This document shows positions 27,143-35,406 of a stretch of 64,000 nucleotides of DNA, one piece after another. The notes below the pieces were generated by a model. That model searched no databases and was not told where the DNA came from. It was given only the letters and a program-made list of their open reading frames with translations. Positions within the stretch are counted from its first letter, which is position 1, and each line of letters opens with the position of its first letter. The stretch is from NCBI GenBank assembly GCA_049584655.1, contig JBAUYF010000027.1, positions 139,836-203,835 of the forward strand, given 5' to 3'. The translations under genes were made by a program, and so were the position numbers. The stretch comes from Thermoplasmata archaeon (GTDB taxonomy: Archaea > Thermoplasmatota > Thermoplasmata > Lutacidiplasmatales > UBA184).

Positions 27143-27709
27143 TCAGACCAACCACGTCGTGGGGTCGCCCGGCAACATCGGCTCATCGATCACATAGGTC
27201 CGCCGCGCACCGGCTTGGGTCATGACCAGGACCGTGGCCGTGGGTTGCGGAGAGAGAAGGCCCCTAGCGTGCCGCCGGACGAGTCGAATCTTGATCTCGT
27301 CGGCGCGCGGAAAGTTAACTCGGCGTCCCCAACGCTCCGTGACCACGATTTCCGTGGGTCCGATCAGCGCTCCACGAGGCGCCTGACCGAGCGTCATCCA
27401 CGCCCCGACGATGGCAAGCGCGAGCGCCACCAGCGTAAAACCGAGGATGCCGGACTCGTTGATCGAGGTCCCGGCAGCGGTCGAGTGAAAGTCGAGTTCC
27501 AAAAAGAACGCGTAGAGCGCGACGAGGGCGAGGAGATAGAGCAAGTAAATCCGCAACATTCGAGCGAAACCTCCTGGGTTCGGTCGGAATACCCCACCCT
27601 TTTCGCTACTGGTAGGCGACGCGGGGGCTACTGAGTAAGAAGGATGCATCGCGGCCGGAGCGGCTGGGGGCCCGGTACGAGGGATTCGAATGGGGCGGTC
27701 GGCTTGCAT
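27143..27709 (-). CDS. membrane protein with bacterial-PH-like (DUF304/YdbT-type) domain
   Basis: Two TM helices followed by a soluble domain of about 80 aa ([29 protein letters not shown]). Start uncertain; possibly the internal Met MLRIYLL. Confidence 0.35.
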   Translation of the reverse strand: MQADRPIRIPRTGPPAAPAAMHPSYSVAPASPTSSEKGGVFRPNPGGFARMLRIYLLYLLALVALYAFFLELDFHSTAAGTSINESGILGFTLVALALAIVGAWMTLGQAPRGALIGPTEIVVTERWGRRVNFPRADEIKIRLVRRHARGLLSPQPTATVLVMTQAGARRTYVIDEPMLPGDPTTWLV

Positions 27710-27732
27710 CGACGTCTCTCGGGAATTCAGGC

Positions 27733-28188
27733 GTGAGGCCGAATCTTAAAGTTGGCCCTCCGACTGGCACCGGCTCGATGAAGACCGCGACAGAGTATCT
27801 GTGGTTTGAAACGGGAAAACGACGGGAGTTTCTGAATATTACGGACCAAGTGCGCCGGATCGTGAAATCGAGCCAGGTGCGCGAGGGGTTGGTCCTCGTT
27901 TCGGCGATGCACATCACCGCCGCGGTCTACGTGAACGACGACGAATCCGGATTGATCGGGGATATCGAGCGATGGGCGGACCGGCTCGCTCCTCCCGGAG
28001 ATTACGCGCACCACCACACCGGCGAGTAGAACGGGGATGCGCACCTCAAGAATCTCTTGCTCGGCCACCAGGTCGTATTGCCGATCACGCGTGGCGACCT
28101 CGACCTGGGGCCGTGGGAGCAGGTTTTCTACGCCGAGTTCGACGGGCAGCGGCGCAAGCGCGTCGTGGTGAAAGTATTGGGCGAGTAG
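27733..28188 (+). pseudogene. YjbQ/UPF0047 family (secondary thiamine-phosphate synthase-like) gene interrupted by an in-frame TAG at 28027-28029
   Basis: Upstream 98 aa (…[15 protein letters not shown]…YAHHHTGE) and downstream 52 aa ([52 protein letters not shown]) are colinear with the family consensus (HHTGE-x-N.DAHLK…LGTWQ…GE) in the same frame. There is no frameshift. Confidence 0.65.
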
Positions 28189-28191
28189 CCC

Positions 28192-29310
28192 TCAATTCTG
28201 CAGCTGATCGTCGATCCCCTTCGTCGCCGTCAACGGATGGGGCGCGTAAGCGGGCGCCGGTTTGGTGAGGTCGATTAGCGGAACCTTCCGGGCGATCTCG
28301 CGCGCCATGGCGGAGCAACTCGAGGGAGTGACGGGGCGTGCGGTGTACTGCGGGAGGGCGAGGTCGTAAGTCACGACCTTCTTCTCCGCGATCGTTTCCC
28401 ACACGGCACGCCAGATGCGTTCCGCCGCCTCGTTCTCGCCGAGGTGTCGGAACAAGAGTTCGAGGCAGAGAATCTCGGCGACCGGGTCCGCCTTGTCCTG
28501 TCCCGCGTATTTGGGCGCGGAGCCATGCACCGGTTCGAAAACGGCGATGGAATCGCCGTACAGCGCTCCGGGCGCCACGCCCAATCCCCCGGCGAGGCCC
28601 GCGCAGAGGTCGGACAGGATGTCGCCCATTAGGTTCGTCGTGACGATCACGTCGTATTCGGACGGCTTCTTGACGAGCTGCATGCACATGTTGTCGATCA
28701 GGCGCTCGTCACTCTCGATATCCGGATATTGGGGCGCCATCTCGCGAAAAGCGGTTTGGAAGAGCGCCCCGGTCGTCTTCATGATGTTCGCTTTGTGAAC
28801 CGCGGTGAGGTGGTGCCGGCGCTGTCGGCGCGCGAGCTCGAAGGCGAATCGGATGACCCGATCCGATGCCGCACGAGTCACGATCGCCACTGTCTCCGCC
28901 GCGCTATGATTTCGATCGACCCAATGTTCGACTCCCGAGTAAAGCCCCTCGGTGGTCTCGCGGACTACGATGAGATCGGTCTCGGGAAATCGAGTTCCCT
29001 CGCCCGCGATCGCCCGCGCGGGTCGGACCGATGCGAAGAGATCCAGGTCCACACGTAGTTGAACGTTGACGGAACGGAACCCTCCTCCGATCGGCGTGGT
29101 GATCGGCCCTTTAAGGGCCAGACGATTCTTTCGGACGGATTCGAGAACCGAAGCCGGCAGGGGCGTACCAGTCGCTTCGATCGCCTTTTCGCCGGCTTCG
29201 ACGACGTCCCATGTGATCGGAACTCCCGTCGCCTCCGCGACGACCCGAGCCGCCTGCGTGACTTCCGGTCCGATCCCGTCCCCCGGGATCAGCGTGACGC
29301 GATACGACAT
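28192..29310 (-). CDS. isocitrate/isopropylmalate dehydrogenase family protein, most like NAD-dependent isocitrate (or homoisocitrate) dehydrogenase
   Basis: LIPGDGIGPEV, GPITTPIGGGFRSVNVQLR, and the Mg/substrate motif DLCAGLAGGLG. 372 aa. Confidence 0.8.
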   Translation of the reverse strand: MSYRVTLIPGDGIGPEVTQAARVVAEATGVPITWDVVEAGEKAIEATGTPLPASVLESVRKNRLALKGPITTPIGGGFRSVNVQLRVDLDLFASVRPARAIAGEGTRFPETDLIVVRETTEGLYSGVEHWVDRNHSAAETVAIVTRAASDRVIRFAFELARRQRRHHLTAVHKANIMKTTGALFQTAFREMAPQYPDIESDERLIDNMCMQLVKKPSEYDVIVTTNLMGDILSDLCAGLAGGLGVAPGALYGDSIAVFEPVHGSAPKYAGQDKADPVAEILCLELLFRHLGENEAAERIWRAVWETIAEKKVVTYDLALPQYTARPVTPSSCSAMAREIARKVPLIDLTKPAPAYAPHPLTATKGIDDQLQN

Positions 29311-29450
29311 CCTCTGCTCCAGCGTCGGCGCGAGGACGGCCCGCGGTTAAATCGTGAGCGGCCGTGCCGCTCGCCGTTTGCCCGACTTCACGCCTGCGCC
29401 GGACCGATCGAGCTCTGCGTCTCGCTGAGAAGCGTCGCGCGTGAAGGATG

Positions 29451-29487
29451 CTATTATAAGAATTCTTATAGAAAGAAGAATTCCTAT
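29451..29487 (+). promoter_or_regulatory. AT-rich promoter island with TATA box and duplicated AAGAATTC palindromes upstream of orc1/cdc6
   Basis: The sequence gcTATTATAAGAATTCTTATAGAAAGAAGAATTCCtatg is about 25% GC in a 66% GC context. TATTATAA lies about 35 nt before the ATG at 29493. The palindrome AAGAATTCTT is followed by a direct repeat of AAGAATTC 11 nt later. Confidence 0.45.
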
Positions 29488-29492
29488 GATGC

Positions 29493-30752
29493 ATGCTGCG
29501 TGCGACGTATCCGGAAGTATTGACGACCGATTGGTTGCCTCCCACGGCTCTCGCTCGCCATGCCGAGGTGCAGAAGCTACTCGCTCTGCTCGACCCCGGC
29601 CACCCCCCGAAAGGTCCAGCTCGTGTCGCCGCCGTGACAGGTCCCCGTGGGAGTGGGACCTCGATCATCGCGCGACGAACCGCGCGCGAAGCGGTCGATC
29701 GGCTCCGCACGGTCCGTGACGGACCGCAACCGCTGACCGCGACGGTACGGGTACGTTGGTGTCGTGGAACCCTCGGGGTGGCGACCGCGCTCGTGCAGCA
29801 GCTAGACGAGGGGTTCCACGGCCGAGGATTTCCGGTCGCCGAAATTCTCGCCGGGTATCTACGGCGACTTCGCCGGATGAACCGGCCCACCATCGTGGTT
29901 TTGGAAGATATTGACGTGGGAGGTCCGTCGGTCGTTCCGATCCTACGCGCCTTCCATTCTCCCGACCGCTTCCTTCCGGAGGGCGAGTCCGGCGTTCCGC
30001 CGATTTGGATCATTCTGGCAGGTGGAACTGAGCAATTCGTCGGACTTGGGCGAGAATTGCCCGACTTGGAGCTGCCAAGTCGGTCAATTCGTCTGAGGGA
30101 GTATTCGCGAGCAGAGATCTATCAGATCGTGGAGGAGCGAGCCCGTCGGGCGCTCGGCGGAGATCCCCCTCCAGACCTCGCGCGACAGGTGACGAATCGG
30201 GTTCTCCGAGACGGTGGTGGGGCCCGACGGGCGATGGAACTACTGCGCCGCGAGCTCTCGATTCCCACCACGCTTCCGCCGGCATCGATGGGGCCGCTCA
30301 CCGACTCGTGGTCACGCGGGAACATCGAGCCTCGCGTGCTTTGGGCATTGGACCGCGCGTGCCAGGGCACCTCCGCGTCGGTAGGTATCGTACGCGAATG
30401 GGAAGCCCGATTCGCTCGAGAGACCGGTCATCGTCCTCTCGCGGCCACGACCTTTTGGCGACGCATGATCCGACTCGAACAGGCCGGCGTAGTACGACGC
30501 GAGGTCCGGCCCGGGGGCGACGGGGGCACTCGGACGCTGATCCAACTTCTTGTGCCGGTGGAAGAGTGGGTCAAGAGTCGGGCGCCGCTGGAAACTCGTC
30601 CAGGGTTCGAGGGCGCTTCTGCTTCTCCATGGTTCGCACAACCGGAGTCGCCACCGCAACGGGAGCGAGCGCCGGCGACGTCGAGTCCGTGGCCTCCTTT
30701 CGACCGCGGCGTACCTGGTCGAGCACCGATGCGGCCAGCTGGGGAGACCTGA
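29493..30752 (+). CDS. Orc1/Cdc6-family AAA+ protein with degenerate Walker A (GPRGSGTS, Lys replaced by Thr) and C-terminal winged helix
   Basis: Colinear with archaeal Orc1/Cdc6: LPPTALARHAEVQKLL, P-loop position VTGPRGSGTSIIARR, Walker B IVVLEDID, sensor region, and a wH (TTFWRRMIRLEQAGVVRREV...TRTLIQL). The last 60 aa or so are a Pro-rich tail overlapping the convergent hel308 and may be read-on. Confidence 0.75.
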   Translation: MLRATYPEVLTTDWLPPTALARHAEVQKLLALLDPGHPPKGPARVAAVTGPRGSGTSIIARRTAREAVDRLRTVRDGPQPLTATVRVRWCRGTLGVATALVQQLDEGFHGRGFPVAEILAGYLRRLRRMNRPTIVVLEDIDVGGPSVVPILRAFHSPDRFLPEGESGVPPIWIILAGGTEQFVGLGRELPDLELPSRSIRLREYSRAEIYQIVEERARRALGGDPPPDLARQVTNRVLRDGGGARRAMELLRRELSIPTTLPPASMGPLTDSWSRGNIEPRVLWALDRACQGTSASVGIVREWEARFARETGHRPLAATTFWRRMIRLEQAGVVRREVRPGGDGGTRTLIQLLVPVEEWVKSRAPLETRPGFEGASASPWFAQPESPPQRERAPATSSPWPPFDRGVPGRAPMRPAGET

Positions 30753-32889
30753 GCACTTGGCTGATGCGATCCATAGGAGCCGCTCGGAGAGCGTTCCGAT
30801 CTTCGTAGCCGGCCCGGAAGAGAAGTCGGGCGCGTACGCGTCCGATGCCCCGCAACCGAACGAGGTCGAGGAGCTCTTCCCGGACGCCGTACCGGATGCG
30901 CAATGCGAGGTCGTCGATCGGCCGCGACAGGCGTCGCTGAAACCGGGTGGCGAGCCGCGAGGCCCCGAAGAGTAGCCAATCCGCGTCTTCGACCTTCGTT
31001 CGCAAGTCTCCCGCCCCGATGCCAAATTTTTCCGTCAGGGTTACGATAGGAGTCTCTGCGATCCACTCTTCCAAGATCGCGGCGGTCTTGAGCGTTGAGA
31101 GGAACAGATCCAGATCGAGCTCCAGAGGGGCCTCTTCAGGCTGGACCAACAGTTCGGCGGCCTCGTCGGTAAACCGGGCGAGGTACTGGGCCTCCTCCCC
31201 GCGCCGCAGGAAGACCGGGGGCAGATCCGGTGTCGCAGCGACCGCGGCGAGGATTGAGAACGGCTGCACGCCGATAGGAGCTCGCTCAAGCATCGAGCGG
31301 AGCACGATGGCGCTCAAAGGATCGAGATACAGCTCCGAGGTCATGGCGCCGAACGGCGTCGCCCGCAGGGTCGGTCCGGGCGCCAACAAGTCGTTCTCCT
31401 CGAGAAACCGGCGCACCGTCCGGATGGTGTCGGCGAGTTCCGGTAACGGAAGGGTGTGGCCGTAAAACGTTCCTTGAAAGAAATCCTCGAGTTCGTCCTC
31501 GGTTTGGACTGCTTGGCTCGCGATCAGCGCCAGCACGTGCATTCGAAGCGCGGGTTCGGCGGCGAGGCGAGATCGAATGTCCTCGGGCGGCGCCGAGAGG
31601 TAGTCATCGAGCAATCGTTCCACATCGTCGTCGCTGCGCGCGATCAGGATCGCCTCGCCCGTTCGGTCGAAGCGAGGGCGGCCGGCTCGGCCGCACATCT
31701 GTTGCACTTCCATCGCCGAGATCGGCGCTTGCATGCCGATTCGATCGTCGTACCGCGTGGTGTCCCGAACGATGACCCGTCGCGCCGGTAGATTAATCCC
31801 GGCGGCAAGGGTAGGGGTTGCGACCAAGGCCTTTAACACGCGGTCTCGGAAGGCCCGCTCGACGACGCGACGCTCCGGATTCGTGAGGGACGCGTTATGG
31901 AACGCCACTCCATGCGGGAGCAAGGCGGCCAGCCGACGGATTCCTTCCGTGTCCTCTTCCGACACGGACTGAAGTTCTTCGCCGGAAGCGCGCGCGGCTG
32001 CACGCTCAGCGGTCGTGAGCAGCGGCCGAACAGTGGCCGTCAATTGCTGGGCAGTTTGCTCACTCGCCTTTCGCGTGTTGACGAAAACGAGGGCCTGTCC
32101 GCCGTCTTCAATGACCGTGCGTACGAGTCGTGGAAGCGCTTCCCCCGGCGCGTCCAAATCGCGCGTCGTGAGGTCGGTGAAGAGGATGCGCCCTGCGTGG
32201 TAAACGCCGGACTTCAAAGGGACCGGTCGAAAATCGCTGCGGATGTGCCGCGCCTTGAGCCAGTCGGCGATCTCTTGAGAGTTCCCGACGGTCGCGGACA
32301 GGCCCACGATCTGTAACTCCGGCAGGACCCGTTTCAGTCGGGTGAGGGTCACTTCGAGCGTCGGTCCCCGATCGGGATCCCGCATGAGATGGATCTCGTC
32401 CGCAACTACGACGCCGAGCCGGTCCAGCCAAGGGCTCCCCTTTCGCAAGAGGCCGTCCGCCTTTTCGCTGGTCGCTACGAGAATATCGAGCTTGGCCAGT
32501 CGGTCCGCGGGCAGGTCGAAGTCGCCGATCGAAAGACCTATCCGGAAGCCGAGCTCCTCGAAGGCACGCAGCTCATCATACTTTTCCTGCGCCAAGGCGC
32601 GTAGCGGTACGAGGTAGAGCCCGGTCTGGTGCTTCGTCGCCGCGCGAAGGAGCGCGAGGTAGGCGACCAACGACTTTCCGCTGGCGGTCGGGCAGGCGAG
32701 GACAACGCTCTCGCCCGCGAGCACGTGCGGGACCGCCTCTGCCTGCGGCGGGTAGAGCGACGTAATCCCTTCTCGTTCGAGGATCCGGACCCAGGAAGGG
32801 TCGAGATGCAGATCGGCAATCGGAATGCGTCGTTCGGCGTCCGAAGGCGAGGGAGAGTCGGTGTCGGAATGACCGACCTTAGAGGTCAC
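30571..32889 (-). CDS. hel308: Hel308/Hjm (Ski2-like) DNA helicase
   Basis: LYPPQAEAV, Walker A CPTASGKSLVAYLA, DEIH box VVVADEIHLMRD, SAT motif GLSATVGN, and the ratchet/HhH C-terminal domains. 772 aa with a low-complexity C-terminal tail. Confidence 0.85.
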   Translation of the reverse strand: MTSKVGHSDTDSPSPSDAERRIPIADLHLDPSWVRILEREGITSLYPPQAEAVPHVLAGESVVLACPTASGKSLVAYLALLRAATKHQTGLYLVPLRALAQEKYDELRAFEELGFRIGLSIGDFDLPADRLAKLDILVATSEKADGLLRKGSPWLDRLGVVVADEIHLMRDPDRGPTLEVTLTRLKRVLPELQIVGLSATVGNSQEIADWLKARHIRSDFRPVPLKSGVYHAGRILFTDLTTRDLDAPGEALPRLVRTVIEDGGQALVFVNTRKASEQTAQQLTATVRPLLTTAERAAARASGEELQSVSEEDTEGIRRLAALLPHGVAFHNASLTNPERRVVERAFRDRVLKALVATPTLAAGINLPARRVIVRDTTRYDDRIGMQAPISAMEVQQMCGRAGRPRFDRTGEAILIARSDDDVERLLDDYLSAPPEDIRSRLAAEPALRMHVLALIASQAVQTEDELEDFFQGTFYGHTLPLPELADTIRTVRRFLEENDLLAPGPTLRATPFGAMTSELYLDPLSAIVLRSMLERAPIGVQPFSILAAVAATPDLPPVFLRRGEEAQYLARFTDEAAELLVQPEEAPLELDLDLFLSTLKTAAILEEWIAETPIVTLTEKFGIGAGDLRTKVEDADWLLFGASRLATRFQRRLSRPIDDLALRIRYGVREELLDLVRLRGIGRVRARLLFRAGYEDRNALRAAPMDRISQVLRSPQLAASVLDQVRRGRKEATDSTSPALAPVAVATPVVRTMEKQKRPRTLDEFPAAPDS

Positions 32890-32911
32890 ACGGCTCGAAG
32901 CCTTGCCAGTT

Positions 32912-34072
32912 TTATAGGGTTTCGTGACCGCCTGCCTCCGCCGAGCGATCGAGCAGTGCTCGGCCGAGAATCAGCTCCTGGATTTCAGTCGTTCCCTCGA
33001 CAATCGGAAACACTCGCGCGTCCCGGAACAGTCGTTCGGCACGATGGCCGCTACGCGTCGCGGAAAGACCGGCAATTTCGAGCCCGCGATTGGCCAGCGT
33101 GACGGCCGTGCGGGAGGCGAACAGTTTCGCCGCCGAGGCTTGATCGATGTAGGGGAGCTTCGCCGCCTTGCGCGCGGCCGCGTTTGCGACGAGCGCACTT
33201 GCGGCCGCGAGTTGTGCAAACGAGTCAGCGAGGATCCCCCGCTTCCAGTCGGTGGGATCCTGTTCGACGGAGAGCCGCATCTCATCAAACGCCCCTCGGG
33301 CCACCCCCAGCGCACACGCCGCGATCCCGACGCGGCCGCCCGTCAGAGCACTGAGAGCGATCTTGAAACCGGAACCTTCTGCCCCGAGGAGGGCATCGAA
33401 CGGTAGCTTGGCCGATTGGAATACGAGCTCCGTCGTTTCGCTACCTCGGATACCGAGTTTATCGAGGCGCTGCGCAACGCTGAAACCCGGCGTATCCCGA
33501 GGCACTAGAAAGGCGGAAATCCCACGATGGCCAAGACTCATGTCCTGCGTCGCAAACGCGAGCGTTACACCCGCCAGGCCGGCGTCGGTGATGAACATCT
33601 TGGTACCGTCGAGCACAAACCCGTCGGGTGTTCGTCGGTAGCGACATTGTAATCGCGCCGCATCCGACCCCGCGCCGGGTTCGGTCAGCCCGAACGCTCC
33701 GATGATCCTTCCCTCGCTCAGCGGTCGTAGGAATCGTTCTTTTTGCGCCGTGGTGCCCCATTCGAGAATTGGCGCGGCGCAGACCGAAAGGTGAACTGCA
33801 AGTAACGTCGCAACCGCTCCGCTCGCCCACGCCAGCTCCTCGAGGACGGCCGCGACATCCCGGGCATCGCCTCCAGCCCCGCCCCATTCGCTTGGAGTAC
33901 CAAGGCCCGTGAATCGTTGCGAGGCAAGGCCCTTAAGGATCGTCTCTGAGATTCGATCGGTGCGATCGATTTCGGCGGCCAAAGGCTCGAGTTGATCCCG
34001 CGCATAGGCGTGGGCGCGAGACCTCCACTCTTCACTCTCCCCGGGTAACGAAACTAGGGACGCCATCGACAT
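32912..34072 (-). CDS. acyl-CoA dehydrogenase
   Basis: ACAD motifs (GAFGLTEPGAGSDAARL, catalytic-base region ...IVEGTTEIQEL). The start is chosen at MSMASLV. The ORF-track N-terminus to 34231 is Arg-rich and overlaps the upstream GT4 gene. Confidence 0.8.
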   Translation of the reverse strand: MSMASLVSLPGESEEWRSRAHAYARDQLEPLAAEIDRTDRISETILKGLASQRFTGLGTPSEWGGAGGDARDVAAVLEELAWASGAVATLLAVHLSVCAAPILEWGTTAQKERFLRPLSEGRIIGAFGLTEPGAGSDAARLQCRYRRTPDGFVLDGTKMFITDAGLAGVTLAFATQDMSLGHRGISAFLVPRDTPGFSVAQRLDKLGIRGSETTELVFQSAKLPFDALLGAEGSGFKIALSALTGGRVGIAACALGVARGAFDEMRLSVEQDPTDWKRGILADSFAQLAAASALVANAAARKAAKLPYIDQASAAKLFASRTAVTLANRGLEIAGLSATRSGHRAERLFRDARVFPIVEGTTEIQELILGRALLDRSAEAGGHETL

Positions 34073-34091
34073 CCGGGGCAATCCAACGGGG

Positions 34092-35273
34092 TTAAAGCGC
34101 CGCACTCCGAGTCGGCGTTCCCAGCCGCGCTGAATCGTAAATCCGCCGAAGCCGTTCGAGGTGGGCCGCGGTGGAAAATTCACCTTTGGCCCACTCGCGC
34201 CCTTGCCCCGCGAGCACGCGGTAATGAGCATAATCGCCTAACACGCGTAGGATTGCTTTCGCCAGCGCATCGGAGTCGCCGGGTGGAACGATCGATCCGT
34301 AATTGCCGACCGTTTCGGGGAGACCTCCGCAATTCGACACAATCGATGGAATGCCGTACGTGAGCGCTTCGATCGGTGAGAAACCCAGGTTCTCCCAACC
34401 TAAGGAAGGCACGACGAGAAGATGGATCTGGGAGAACCAAGCGCGCGTGTCGCGGATCCAGCCGTCGACCGTGATGCCCTCGGTCGGAGGTATCGGATGC
34501 GGTCCCTCCCCGGCGATGTGCAAACGGAGATCGGGATATGTTGTGCGGGCGATGTTGAACGCCCGAAGCAAGACGTCGATCCCTTTGTACCACACCACGC
34601 GTCCCAGAAAGCCGAGTGTGAACGGGCCGCTCGGCGGAGCCACCGGGCTGTCCGGAAACGGGATCATTGGCCGCACGAGCGACGTCGGAGCGTAGCCGTT
34701 CGCTTCGAGCGCGGTCTGGGTCGCATGACTTGTCGCGATGTAGGTCCGCACGCGTTCCTTCACGTAGCGATCGAAGTAGTATCGTTCCGCCAAATTCACG
34801 GGTAGACCGTATCCGACCTTGCAGCCCGTAAACTGGCAACGAGGGAGAATCCCGCCCGGACACGCCGTACCGTCCGGGAGAGTGAGGGTCGAGATCGGGC
34901 AGATGATCTCGACGTCATGGGCCGTGAAGACAATCGGTTCCTTTCGTCCGGCGAGCCATGGACCCAATGCCGGAAATCCGCCTCGAAAATGGTGAAGATG
35001 GATGATGTCGGGTCGCGCGTCGGCGGCGACGCGGTCGAGCCACCGCGTCAATGCGGCCGGAGCGACCAGAGTACCCGCGGCCTGCCGCGCGATCGAACGA
35101 GGGAGAAGAAAGGTCTCCATTGGCCCGAGGCGCTCGGGCGGGGGATCGGTCACAATGACGGCGGTCGTAGTATGATGGCCCTCCTGTGCGAGCAGCGGTG
35201 TGATACGCTGGATGTAGATCTCGGCCCCGCCAATTCCGGGGCCGTCCCAGCCATTGAGTCGTAGAATGTTCAT
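34092..35273 (-). CDS. glycosyltransferase family 4 (GT-B, Glycos_transf_1)
   Basis: MNILRLNGWDGPGIGGAEIY N-terminal domain and the C-terminal EGFG-like region ...EALTYGIPSIVSNCGGLPE. Confidence 0.8.
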   Translation of the reverse strand: MNILRLNGWDGPGIGGAEIYIQRITPLLAQEGHHTTTAVIVTDPPPERLGPMETFLLPRSIARQAAGTLVAPAALTRWLDRVAADARPDIIHLHHFRGGFPALGPWLAGRKEPIVFTAHDVEIICPISTLTLPDGTACPGGILPRCQFTGCKVGYGLPVNLAERYYFDRYVKERVRTYIATSHATQTALEANGYAPTSLVRPMIPFPDSPVAPPSGPFTLGFLGRVVWYKGIDVLLRAFNIARTTYPDLRLHIAGEGPHPIPPTEGITVDGWIRDTRAWFSQIHLLVVPSLGWENLGFSPIEALTYGIPSIVSNCGGLPETVGNYGSIVPPGDSDALAKAILRVLGDYAHYRVLAGQGREWAKGEFSTAAHLERLRRIYDSARLGTPTRSAAL

Positions 35274-35406
35274 GCTGCTCCGCTATCGCCGTTTGAAATC
35301 GAATCGTTTTCGCAATTCAAGGAATGGGTCCGGAACTTGGGGGTCCCTCAGACTAGGCAGGAAGGAACTCTTATTGACTGCCTCCACCGGTGGGAATTGA
35401 GACGCC

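Noticed and set aside
27733-28188. Pyrrolysine (UAG) recoding as the explanation for the in-frame TAG in yjbQ
   Set aside because: TAG is the natural stop of at least six well-supported genes in this window (gatE 17260-17262, nikR, egsA, gnd, zwf, MFS). No pyl genes are present here.
29311-29492. Replication origin adjacent to orc1/cdc6
   Set aside because: The spacer is only 180 bp. It has no ORB or mini-ORB repeats (no CCAGTGGAAAC-like elements), and the AT-rich part is promoter-sized. The paralogue has a dead Walker A.
30571-30752. 180-nt convergent overlap of the orc1/cdc6-like and hel308 genes (and the similar NFACT overlap at 37125-37323) as a functional antisense arrangement
   Set aside because: Both overlapping tails are low-complexity and Pro/Arg-rich. 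This is more likely ORF read-on where a stop codon is rare in GC-rich sequence than true overlapping coding.
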